Shown in pieces: positions 18,812 to 27,612 of a DNA stretch of 58,132 bases; the first letter of the stretch is position 1; each line of letters begins with the position of its first letter. The stretch covers positions 1-58,132 of the forward strand of contig JAKLIV010000005.1 in assembly GCA_022709405.1 (NCBI GenBank). Reading direction: 5' to 3'. The notes below the pieces were generated by a model. That model searched no databases. It was not told where the DNA came from and saw only the letters and a list, made by a program, of their open reading frames with translations. The position numbers were made by a program, and so were the translations under genes. The stretch is from Spirochaetota bacterium. GTDB taxonomy: Bacteria; Spirochaetota; UBA4802; UBA5550.

Positions 18812-21307
18812 ATGATGATAAAAGCGGTTATTATGGCCGGCGGCGAAGGGACAAGACTGCGGCCCCTGACCTGCAACCGGGCCAAGCCCATGATCCCGGT
18901 GGTCAACAGGCCTGTCATCGAGCACTCCATACAGCTGCTCAAAAGGCACGGGATACGCGATATAATCATCAGCCTTTTTTACCTGCCGGAGAACGTCCAG
19001 AACTATTTCGGCGACGGCTCGGACTGGGACGTTAACATCAGCTATTCGGTCGAAGAGACTCCTCTGGGCACGGCCGGCGGGGTAAAAAAAGCCATCGGCG
19101 ATTTCGACAGCACCTTCATCGTCATGAGCGGCGACGGGATCATTGACTTCAACATTTCAGCCATTCTCGACTTTCATAAAAACAAGAAATCCCCTTTTAC
19201 CATCGTTCTGGCAAGGGTCAACAAGCCGACCGAATACGGCATCGTAATTACCAGAAAAGATGGAAAGATCGAGAAATTTCTCGAGAAGCCGTCATGGAGC
19301 GAGGTGTTCAGCGACACCGCGAATACCGGGATGTACGTCATCGAACCGAAAATAATCAAGAAACACATTCCTGACGACGCCAAGTTCGATTTCTCGATAG
19401 ACCTTTTCCCTCTGTTGCAGGAAAAAAACATATCACTGTACGGCTACATCGCGGACGGATACTGGTGCGATGTGGGAAACCTTTCGACATACAGCGACGT
19501 CCACCGTGACATACTCAACGGCGTGGTGACCATTGACATCCCGGGCAAAAAAATCGATAAGGATATATGGGTCGGCAGGGACGTGGATATCCACCCCGAG
19601 GCGGAAATAAAGGGACCGGTGATCATCGGGAATTTCGTGAAAATCAAAAAAGGGGCCTCGATATCGGAATTTTCATCCATCGGCGACAACTGCATCGTCG
19701 AGGAAAAGGCCTCGATAAAAAAAAGCGTCATCCTGCACAACACCATTATCGGCCCCAACTGCGAGATCAGGGGAGCGATCATCGGCAAACGCTGCGTTTT
19801 CCAGGAAAACGTTTCGATGTACGAAGGGGCGGTGGTGAGCGATGACTGCGTGATAGGCATGGATGTGAGCATACCCGGAGGGATCAGGGTATGGCCCGAG
19901 AAGACGATCGAGCAGGGCACCCGGCTCACAGCAGACCTGATCTGGGGTAAAACCGAGAAGAAGACCCTTTTCAGCATGGACGGAGTCATCGGATCGTTCA
20001 ACATCACGGTCACGCCTGAATTCGCCTCCAAGCTCGGGTCGGCGATCGGGGCCTTTCTCGGAAAGGACGCGAAAGTCACCGTGAGCCGTGACACGACCGC
20101 CGCTTCCCGCCTGATCAAGCGTGCGTTCACCGCCGGGCTCATGTCCATGGGAGTCGACGTCTACGACATGGAGATAGAATCCATCCCCGTCAACCGCTAT
20201 TCAATAAGCTACACCAAGGCGGACATGGGATTCTACATCCAGATATCGCCGCTTACGGGGCTGCAGTTCATTCTTATTCGAATGTTCAATCGTCAGGGCT
20301 TCCAGATATCCATCGAGGAAGAAAAAAAGATCGAGAACATCTTTTTCAGGGGCGACTATCCGCGCAAGGAAGCTTATGAAACAGGCGCCCTCGTATACCC
20401 GGCCCATCACATTGAATCGTATATCGTCAACATCGAAAACTACATTGAGCCGCGGACGATAAGGGAAAAACAATGGAAGGTGATAGTGGACTGCTTCAAC
20501 GGCGCGGCATCCCACGTCTTCCCCGAAATCCTCAACAACTACGGCTGCGAGACGACCGTTCTCCGCGGTCAGATCAAGGAATTCTCGAGCGACGAGGACC
20601 TGAAATCCGAAGCGAGAAAATCGCTGAACAACATCGTTCAGATGGCGAAGACCAACAAGGAGATCGGCGTCATAATCGGCCCTCATGCATCGGTCATCAC
20701 CATTGTCGACGAGACGGGCAATATACTGACCGAGAACGACATCCTCGTAATCCTGTCGCTTTTTTATCTCAAATACGGGAAAGCGAAGACCATAAACATC
20801 CCGGTCACCAGTTCGATGACCCTCGAAGAGCTCATCATGAAAAACGGAGGAAGGGCCGTAAGAAGAAGCTCGAAGCTGCGTTCAATAGAAAACATACATG
20901 ATCTTTTCGACGGCAGCCATGGGGACAAGTACCCTTACCTTGAGATGGTCTTCGATCCGATGATCACGTTCATCAGGATACTCGAATTTCTTTCACTGGA
21001 AAACAGGCCCCTGTCAGAAATAAAGGACACCATACCGAAAAACAACATGATCAGCACCGCTCTGCACTGCAGCACCGAAGAAAAGGCGGCAATCATGCGC
21101 AATCTCACATCGACGCTCCAGCAGAAAAAAATTGAATTGATTGACGGAATCAGGATCATCGAAGAAAATGCGTGGATACTGATACTGCCCGACGCGATCA
21201 ATCCCACGATACATCTTTTCGCTGAAGGGAAAACGGCCGACGCCAGGGACAGGATCCTCGAGGAATATTCGATGAAAATCAAAAAGCAGACGAGCGGGCT
21301 TATCTGA
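18812..21307 (+). CDS. Sugar-1-phosphate nucleotidyltransferase (GMP/ManC-like) with a left-handed beta-helix and a degenerate PGM/PMM-like C-terminal domain
   Basis: N-terminus AVIMAGGEGTRLRPLT...KPMIP (NTP_transferase), followed by hexapeptide repeats and then a phosphohexomutase-like region. The start is placed at the ATGATG after GGGGAGGG; the ORF-track start 18794 is a GTG overlapping the lepB stop. Confidence 0.85.
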   Translation: MMIKAVIMAGGEGTRLRPLTCNRAKPMIPVVNRPVIEHSIQLLKRHGIRDIIISLFYLPENVQNYFGDGSDWDVNISYSVEETPLGTAGGVKKAIGDFDSTFIVMSGDGIIDFNISAILDFHKNKKSPFTIVLARVNKPTEYGIVITRKDGKIEKFLEKPSWSEVFSDTANTGMYVIEPKIIKKHIPDDAKFDFSIDLFPLLQEKNISLYGYIADGYWCDVGNLSTYSDVHRDILNGVVTIDIPGKKIDKDIWVGRDVDIHPEAEIKGPVIIGNFVKIKKGASISEFSSIGDNCIVEEKASIKKSVILHNTIIGPNCEIRGAIIGKRCVFQENVSMYEGAVVSDDCVIGMDVSIPGGIRVWPEKTIEQGTRLTADLIWGKTEKKTLFSMDGVIGSFNITVTPEFASKLGSAIGAFLGKDAKVTVSRDTTAASRLIKRAFTAGLMSMGVDVYDMEIESIPVNRYSISYTKADMGFYIQISPLTGLQFILIRMFNRQGFQISIEEEKKIENIFFRGDYPRKEAYETGALVYPAHHIESYIVNIENYIEPRTIREKQWKVIVDCFNGAASHVFPEILNNYGCETTVLRGQIKEFSSDEDLKSEARKSLNNIVQMAKTNKEIGVIIGPHASVITIVDETGNILTENDILVILSLFYLKYGKAKTINIPVTSSMTLEELIMKNGGRAVRRSSKLRSIENIHDLFDGSHGDKYPYLEMVFDPMITFIRILEFLSLENRPLSEIKDTIPKNNMISTALHCSTEEKAAIMRNLTSTLQQKKIELIDGIRIIEENAWILILPDAINPTIHLFAEGKTADARDRILEEYSMKIKKQTSGLI

Positions 21308-21319
21308 GAAAGGAACGCC

Positions 21320-22435
21320 ATGAGCAGCATCAACCGGGAAAGGCTTATATCGACTTTTATGGAACTTGCAAGGATATCATCTCCCTCCTGGGAAGAGGGA
21401 AAGGTGATAGATTTCATCGTCGCATACGCCGGGAACATCGGCGTCCGCTCAAAAAAAATCCCCTGCGGAAAATCGTACAATCTCCTGTTATCGCTGAAGG
21501 GCGAAGCGGGAATCGACCCGGTTCTTTTTTCGGGGCATACCGATACGGTGACCCCATGCATGAACGTGAAACCTGTCCGTGTGGGCAACAGGATCACCTC
21601 CGACGGCACGACCATTCTCGGAAGCGACGACAAATCGGCGATCGCGATGTTCCTCGAAGCCCTGCACGTCATCCATGAGGACCGCCTTCCTCACGGCCCG
21701 GTGGAGGTGCTTCTTTCCTGCGCTGAAGAAATCGGCCTGAACGGAATCAAGCAGTTCGACATGAAGCATATCAGCTCGAAGCTCGCCTTCGTTTTCGACT
21801 GCTCGGGTCCGATCGGGAAAATCATCGTGAAGGCACCCTATCACCTGAACATGACCCTGACCGTCAGGGGGAAGGCGGCCCATGCGGGCATCGAACCCGA
21901 GAAGGGGGTCAACGCAATCAATGTCCTGTCCGAAATCATAACAAAAATCCCGTCAGGAAGGATAGACGAGGAGACGACGCTCAATATCGGCATGATAAGC
22001 GGCGGACGGGCGACGAACATCGTCGCAGAAGAATCGAAATGCGTTCTTGAAATCCGCTCGATTTCAAACAAAAAGCTGAAACAGTACGAGAAAATCGTGC
22101 GGGACACGGCGAAAAACACGGCCAGGACAAACAAGGCGAAGGTCTCCATTGTTTCCGCGCTGGATTATTCGGGATTCACAATCAGGGAAACAGAGCCGAT
22201 AACGCTGATACTGAGCAGCTCCATGAGAAAAATCGGCGTGAAGCCCGAATACTGCATATCCGGAGGCGGAAGCGACACGAACGTTTTCAACAAATCGGGC
22301 GTCCGGGCCGTGAATCTTTCATGCGGCATGCAGAATGTTCATACCACCAGCGAGTATATTTCAATCCAGGATCTCGTCAGGGGCGGCGAGCTGGTACTTG
22401 CGATAATCGATACCGTATATAAAGGCCTCAGATGA
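21320..22435 (+). CDS. M20/M25/M40-family metallopeptidase (PepT-like)
   Basis: FSGHTDTV...LGSDDKSAIA...EEIGLNG...GGRATNIV...GGGSD are M20 metal-ligand and dimerisation-domain patterns. Confidence 0.85.
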   Translation: MSSINRERLISTFMELARISSPSWEEGKVIDFIVAYAGNIGVRSKKIPCGKSYNLLLSLKGEAGIDPVLFSGHTDTVTPCMNVKPVRVGNRITSDGTTILGSDDKSAIAMFLEALHVIHEDRLPHGPVEVLLSCAEEIGLNGIKQFDMKHISSKLAFVFDCSGPIGKIIVKAPYHLNMTLTVRGKAAHAGIEPEKGVNAINVLSEIITKIPSGRIDEETTLNIGMISGGRATNIVAEESKCVLEIRSISNKKLKQYEKIVRDTAKNTARTNKAKVSIVSALDYSGFTIRETEPITLILSSSMRKIGVKPEYCISGGGSDTNVFNKSGVRAVNLSCGMQNVHTTSEYISIQDLVRGGELVLAIIDTVYKGLR

Positions 22436-22441
22436 TCAGGC

Positions 22442-23182
22442 TCAGAAAGGGCTGATCCTGTTGGTCTCTTCAATCAGCTTCTTCACGGTTTCCAACGCCA
22501 CCTTGTCCTTGCTCTTTTTGCAATAGACGCTCTGGTTGATTACCGGGCTTACCCTGTTGGTGCCTCTGGGATAATAGAATATTTCAAAGGCCAGGTCGGC
22601 GCCGTCGGCGCTCAGGGAATAGGAATACCGGCTTATCTCGCGAGCTGGATTGTCGGGATCATGCCTGGTCACCAGGTAGCCGGTCCTCCATTTTTGCACA
22701 TTATCGGAGTTCTGGTAAAGCATCCGGATGACTTCTACGCCGTCAGGATTCGGGAAAACCGTTCCCCTGGTCCCGCTGATGATATCCTCTTTCATCTTGG
22801 CGAAAGCCGCGGAAGAATATGAGGTCGAGGGGCTCGCGTCAAACTTGAACTTCTCGCCGTCGACAAACCAGTGGGCGACGAGATCAACCTCACCGTCACC
22901 GTTCTTGTCTTTGATCAGGATTATCTCGCGCTCGCCCGAAGCGAAATTGCCTATAATGATATTGGTCACCGTGTCAATGGATTGCAATATGGCGTAATTC
23001 TCATTTGCCAGCGGGACAGGAAGGCTTCTCAGATCTTTAATGGTCACGTCTATGTCAGGTATATACTGGCCTTTTGCCACGCTCTTCTGAATGGGAATGT
23101 TCATGTCAACAGCCGTCAATTGCGGCGAAACGGCACAAAAAAAAGCTACTGCACAAATGAGAGAGAAAATTTTATATTTCAT
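22442..23182 (-). CDS. Hypothetical secreted protein with a DxNGDGxxD calcium-loop-like motif
   Basis: Signal peptide MKYKIFSLICAVAFFCAV. Motif KDKNGDGEVD. Shine-Dalgarno AAAGGA. No family recognised. Confidence 0.6.
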   Translation of the reverse strand: MKYKIFSLICAVAFFCAVSPQLTAVDMNIPIQKSVAKGQYIPDIDVTIKDLRSLPVPLANENYAILQSIDTVTNIIIGNFASGEREIILIKDKNGDGEVDLVAHWFVDGEKFKFDASPSTSYSSAAFAKMKEDIISGTRGTVFPNPDGVEVIRMLYQNSDNVQKWRTGYLVTRHDPDNPAREISRYSYSLSADGADLAFEIFYYPRGTNRVSPVINQSVYCKKSKDKVALETVKKLIEETNRISPF

Positions 23183-23280
23183 ACAGGCATCCTTTGTTGA
23201 ATAGAGGTGTTAATAAATAAAAGATACCCAAATCACCTGTCAATAAAATTAATCAATATTTATCCTGCATGTCTTGACGA

Positions 23281-23315
23281 AACCATATTTTAGAATTATA
23301 TTCTAAAATATGGTT
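23281..23315. promoter_or_regulatory. Perfect 16-nt inverted repeat (3-nt spacer): candidate TetR operator overlapping the tetR promoter
   Basis: AACCATATTTTAGAAT-tat-ATTCTAAAATATGGTT. It lies immediately downstream of a TTGACG -35-like hexamer (23274-23279) and ends 8 nt before the tetR ATG. Confidence 0.7.
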
Positions 23316-23322
23316 TTAGATT

Positions 23323-23928
23323 ATGAAAAAGCTCAATTCAACACATAAAAAGACCCCGGCAAAAATTGAAGTGATAATCATGGCCGCCCTTGAATGTTTC
23401 AACGAATTAGGCTTCAACGGTACCGGAATGAACGATATATGCGCCCGGGGCGGTACGAGCGTAGGAAGCGTCTACCATCATTTCAAAAGCAAGGATCAAC
23501 TCGCCGCCCGGGTCTATATCGAAGGCATAAAAAACTACCAATCAGGCTACATCGAAGAGCTGTTGAAACACAACAGGCCAAGGGACGGCATCTTCGCGAT
23601 TGTCCGCTATCATATCAACTGGGTATACTCCAACCGGGATTGGGCGCGATTTCTGTTCCGGATGCGTCATGAGGATTTTATGTGGGCCGTGGAGGAAGAG
23701 TTCGCGCAGCTCAACAAAAAATTCTTCGATACGGTCGGCACCTGGTTCAGAAAGGGAATCCAGGCGGGAGAAATCAGAAAAATGTCTCCGGACATGTATC
23801 CGCCGGTGCTCATGGGGCCCTGTCAGGAATTCACGAGAATGCTGCTCGAAGGTAAAACATTTGCGAAGCAGGAGACGGCTGCTTCTGAACTGGCCGAGTC
23901 GGCATGGAGAGCCGTCAAGGCTGTCTGA
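23323..23928 (+). CDS. TetR/AcrR-family transcriptional regulator
   Basis: N-terminal HTH FNELGFNGTGMNDICARGGTSVGSVYHHFKSKDQL. Confidence 0.9.
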   Translation: MKKLNSTHKKTPAKIEVIIMAALECFNELGFNGTGMNDICARGGTSVGSVYHHFKSKDQLAARVYIEGIKNYQSGYIEELLKHNRPRDGIFAIVRYHINWVYSNRDWARFLFRMRHEDFMWAVEEEFAQLNKKFFDTVGTWFRKGIQAGEIRKMSPDMYPPVLMGPCQEFTRMLLEGKTFAKQETAASELAESAWRAVKAV

Positions 23929-23950
23929 TATCATAATAAAGGCGGTGCCT

Positions 23951-24823
23951 GTGAATACCATTAATATATGCTTCGATCAAGAGCCGTCGGCAATTTATAC
24001 GCTGTGGAAAGCATTCATATCCAGAAACAGCAGATATGTTCCGTCAAAAGAATACCTGATCATCCATGCTTCGCGAAGAGAGTTTCCAATTGACATGAAA
24101 CACCTGAATGATTTTCATTCCATTTGTGGTGTGGTCCGACTCGCGCAACTGCATATGCTCTATCCGTTCACCCTGGTCTATCCATACATCATGCGTGTGC
24201 TGTGCAACGAGGAGATTCCTGTTTCAATGTTCAAGACTTTGAACACACGCAACAGCATCATAATGCACCGCCCGATAATGCCCGACGAGCGTCTTGAAAT
24301 TGACTGCCGCAACTCGCAGCCCCGGATCACAGCAAAGGGCATCGAGATCGATGTGCATTCATTTGTACAGAGCCGGGACGAAAAAGTCTGGGAAAACACG
24401 ACGACATATTTTTATCCTGGTAAATTCGGACCTTCAGGAGAATCTTCCTGCACGCATAAAATCGAACCATTAAAAGACGGGGCGGCGATCGATCAATGGC
24501 ATCTTCAGGCAAAAGACAGGTTCCGTTTTGCACGCATATCGGGAGACACCAATGGAATCCACTACTGGTATTACTATGCGCGCATGATGGGATTTGAAAG
24601 GGATTTCGCGCAGCCGATACGCATCGTTACAAGATGCGTATCATCCATTCCTGATATAGAATGGACCCGGCCGGTAAGACTCGATTTTTATCTCAAAGGA
24701 CCGGTATATTACGACAGCACGCTTACCCTGAAAAATGCGGTTGCAAACTGCAAAAACAGGTTTGATCTTTTCTGCAGCGGAAACGACAAGCCGGTCATCA
24801 GCGGCATTCTGTATAATGTCTGA
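23951..24823 (+). CDS. MaoC-like (double hot-dog) acyl dehydratase
   Basis: ISGDTNGIHYW resembles the MaoC motif (SGDxNPIH), and the ~290-aa length fits a double hot-dog fold. The ORF-track start 23600 overlaps tetR out of frame. The likely real start is GTG at 23951 (or 23945), after AAAGG. No in-frame ATG occurs near the 5' end. Confidence 0.6.
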   Translation: MNTINICFDQEPSAIYTLWKAFISRNSRYVPSKEYLIIHASRREFPIDMKHLNDFHSICGVVRLAQLHMLYPFTLVYPYIMRVLCNEEIPVSMFKTLNTRNSIIMHRPIMPDERLEIDCRNSQPRITAKGIEIDVHSFVQSRDEKVWENTTTYFYPGKFGPSGESSCTHKIEPLKDGAAIDQWHLQAKDRFRFARISGDTNGIHYWYYYARMMGFERDFAQPIRIVTRCVSSIPDIEWTRPVRLDFYLKGPVYYDSTLTLKNAVANCKNRFDLFCSGNDKPVISGILYNV

Positions 24824-24882
24824 CATCGCATGATCGAGCGGTCCGTCAATTCAGGCCGCAGATATTTCCGTGCTCAGACAAT

Positions 24883-24909
24883 AAAAAAGCGGAAGGCGTC
24901 CCCCTCCGC
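24883..24909 (-). terminator. Intrinsic terminator downstream of the FecR-like lipoprotein gene
   Basis: The reverse strand reads GCGGAGGG-GGACG-CCTTCCGC followed by TTTTTT. It sits in the convergent gap between 24823 and 24937. Confidence 0.6.
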
Positions 24910-24936
24910 TTTCCATGCATTGCCTGCAAACAATCT

Positions 24937-26025
24937 TTACAGCTTCTGGCCTGTTTCAGGATCCAGAACGATCTCCTGTCCCTGTGAAACAACAATCAAT
25001 TTGTCGTCGCGCAGCTGGAATTTTCCGTCGTTGTCTATGCTCATTCTCCAGAGGACCGGGCCCTCATTCGTGGCGCAGAAAACATATTTTCCTGAAGCGA
25101 TATACACCCTTTCATCCTTGCGGATCGGACTGTCGACAACCTTGCCTTCCCACAGGACGGTTCCATTCTTGATGAAATAAATCTCATAGCGGGTTATAAG
25201 CAGCCTGCCGTCGGGCTTGGGCTCCTGCTTCTCTTCCTTGATGGCTTTCGCAATCTTTACTATTACTTCTTTGGGCTTTTCAGCAACCTCGATCAACTCC
25301 TTGTTTTCCTGGGCAAAATCGCCTGCCGCAAAAGCCTCAATGCTTTTTTCTGATACGACGATTGCGTTCTTGCTCTGTTCGATTATGGCCGATATCTCGA
25401 CCACGCCTCCCTTTTTGGCCTCGATATCGAGGATTTTTTCAACCGCCTTTTCAGCCTTTTTCACTTCATCGCTGGTGATTATTACTTTTTCTTTTTCTTC
25501 AAGAACAGGAGCCACTTCCAGCACCTGATCAACATTGTTATCGAACTTCATGATTCTTTTGGCGACCTGTATCTTCCCGTCGTAAACCTTGATCCTGGTC
25601 GTTTTGGCCTTGTCGGCTTCGACGATGAATTGCGTGCCTCGCACGCCGGCAACCGCAGTCGGCGTCTTTATAATAAACTTTTCGGATTTCAGAAGTTTCT
25701 TGGGCTTGCAGAGCATTTTACCGACATCCAGCCCGAGTTGTGTGCTTTCAATTTCATTCTTATGAACGAGATTCGATATGATCACTTTTGACTTCTCCTT
25801 GATCCGTATGATTGACTCTCCAATCTTTACATCACAGAAAGAATCACCGGCTGTCTGGAGTATATCATTATTGCCGATCAGCTCGCCAATCTGTATCGAT
25901 ACATTGTTTTTTGTGACATCACCGATCATAAAGGTCACCATTGCATATTCCTCGACATCCTGTCTGGAACACGCAAATGCGATAGCGGTAAGCATCGTTA
26001 AAAAAAACACGCCAGTCCGTTTCAT
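24937..26025 (-). CDS. FecR-domain lipoprotein (LipL45-like)
   Basis: Signal/lipobox-like LTAIAFAC, and the FecR-domain pattern TPTAVAGVRGTQFIV. The start is moved to the second ATG (26025) to give proper spacing from GGGGAGGGG. Confidence 0.75.
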   Translation of the reverse strand: MKRTGVFFLTMLTAIAFACSRQDVEEYAMVTFMIGDVTKNNVSIQIGELIGNNDILQTAGDSFCDVKIGESIIRIKEKSKVIISNLVHKNEIESTQLGLDVGKMLCKPKKLLKSEKFIIKTPTAVAGVRGTQFIVEADKAKTTRIKVYDGKIQVAKRIMKFDNNVDQVLEVAPVLEEKEKVIITSDEVKKAEKAVEKILDIEAKKGGVVEISAIIEQSKNAIVVSEKSIEAFAAGDFAQENKELIEVAEKPKEVIVKIAKAIKEEKQEPKPDGRLLITRYEIYFIKNGTVLWEGKVVDSPIRKDERVYIASGKYVFCATNEGPVLWRMSIDNDGKFQLRDDKLIVVSQGQEIVLDPETGQKL

Positions 26026-26243
26026 TAGCATCCCCTCCCCTTCATCGTAAAAAAGATGATGTATCTATTCCGTCGAGTGGAAGAAACCACATTTATAGAT
26101 CATCCATTATATGAAAGTAGATACGTATCAATAGAATATACACTATATCATGTAATTAAAGGCAAATATATAATAAAATAAAGCATTTTTTCACTTTTTT
26201 ATATCGACAAAAGAAACTTCGTGCTTAAATTCTTCAGATTGCC

Positions 26244-27509
26244 ATGGAAGAAGCGCTTAAAAAGGTATTAATTTCAGCCGTCATCGGAGACGCTCTCGGA
26301 AGACCATGTGAAGGGCTTACAAAGGGCCATTTGAAAGAGCACGGAAACCTATCCGATGATTTCATTGACCCCCATCCGTTACTCAAGGGGAAAATGGAGC
26401 GATGGACCATGCCCGGACTCTATTCATCCCAGGCGCAGCTGATGTTCATCACTGCATTTTCAAGCTTGAAGGCCTTTTTTGATCCCGACGTTTTTTTCGG
26501 CCTATCCCTGATGGGGATTGAAAAAGGTCCCGGCGAATATGGAATATTCAGAAATCCGCCATTTTTTGTCAGATCCTTTCTTAAACGGCTGTCCGATCAG
26601 GAACAGATCAAAACCGGCAACAGGATTAATTCGGCCGGATTCCTGCCGGTGCTGTTTCCTGTTGCGTTATATGCCAGATCGAGAAAAAAATTGATGCTTG
26701 ACGTGATATCATTCGCGTCGATCGTGCAAGCCGACCACTCTTTGACCGCGGCGGCCCTTTCATTATCGTGCTTTCTCCACGGCCTGCTCTGCGGCGAACG
26801 CCCTGCCGACGGCGAGGTGATGTCGGCGGCGGTCCAAAACAACAGCATTGTCTGCTCGGAAATGGACGGGATCGCGCCTGAAATATTCAAAATGGGAATG
26901 AACCCCGCGAGCCTGACTGATCAATTGCTGAGGCTTGGCCGTATTCTGGAATCCCTTTCAGGCTGCACCGATCTGGACCGTGGAGAAAAAATAATCTGTG
27001 ACAAAGTAAACGAAAGCCTGAAAACTCCGGTCACGAGGGCGACAGTCGACCACCCCTTCACCATATATCCGTTCGTCCAGTTGATCGTCGGTTCAGGGCA
27101 ATGCCAACCGGACGGGCTTCTTCATTTCTGCGCCCGCCTTGGCGGCTCGTCATCCACACTTACCAGCATTGCCGGAATCATATCCGCGGCCCTTTTCGAT
27201 GAAAATCCATACCCACCGTCCCTTACAAACGGTCTTGTAAACCGAAAACTGATTTTTTCGCTCGCCGAATCGCTCTCCCGAGGTGCAGTTGCCGTGAATC
27301 TTGCCGATGAATTTATCACAGCCGAGGCCGGGCTTACGAAAACAGAAATCGATCAGCGCAACGCAAAACTGAAACATACCAGGTCCAGGAGCACAAAGAC
27401 AAGCGATTCATATGCAGACAGACACGAACGTCTATCGAAACATGTCGTCGAGAGCTGGACCAAGATCGATAAGGCGCGCTGGAAAAAGGAACGAAAAAAA
27501 CTCGAATAA
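26244..27509 (+). CDS. ADP-ribosylglycohydrolase-fold protein, probably catalytically degenerate, with a basic C-terminal tail
   Basis: The N-terminal ARH signature GDALGRPCEG is present. The two Asp-rich metal motifs read LYSSQ and GGSSST instead of the TDDT-like and GGDTDT-like patterns. The last ~60 aa are Lys/Arg-rich. Confidence 0.7.
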   Translation: MEEALKKVLISAVIGDALGRPCEGLTKGHLKEHGNLSDDFIDPHPLLKGKMERWTMPGLYSSQAQLMFITAFSSLKAFFDPDVFFGLSLMGIEKGPGEYGIFRNPPFFVRSFLKRLSDQEQIKTGNRINSAGFLPVLFPVALYARSRKKLMLDVISFASIVQADHSLTAAALSLSCFLHGLLCGERPADGEVMSAAVQNNSIVCSEMDGIAPEIFKMGMNPASLTDQLLRLGRILESLSGCTDLDRGEKIICDKVNESLKTPVTRATVDHPFTIYPFVQLIVGSGQCQPDGLLHFCARLGGSSSTLTSIAGIISAALFDENPYPPSLTNGLVNRKLIFSLAESLSRGAVAVNLADEFITAEAGLTKTEIDQRNAKLKHTRSRSTKTSDSYADRHERLSKHVVESWTKIDKARWKKERKKLE

Positions 27510-27612
27510 TATTTGACAAAATGCCTTAAATTGAGGAAAATACGGTATAACATCTGTGCGCCATAACGCGAAAGGACCGCGCTTGATTTATTTATTCAGG
27601 GAGGACTCATCA

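Noticed and set aside
23600-23950. A 5' extension of the hot-dog ORF overlapping tetR.
   Set aside because: It overlaps the well-supported TetR gene out of frame and gives a Ser/Arg-rich translation. The real start is more likely GTG at 23945/23951.
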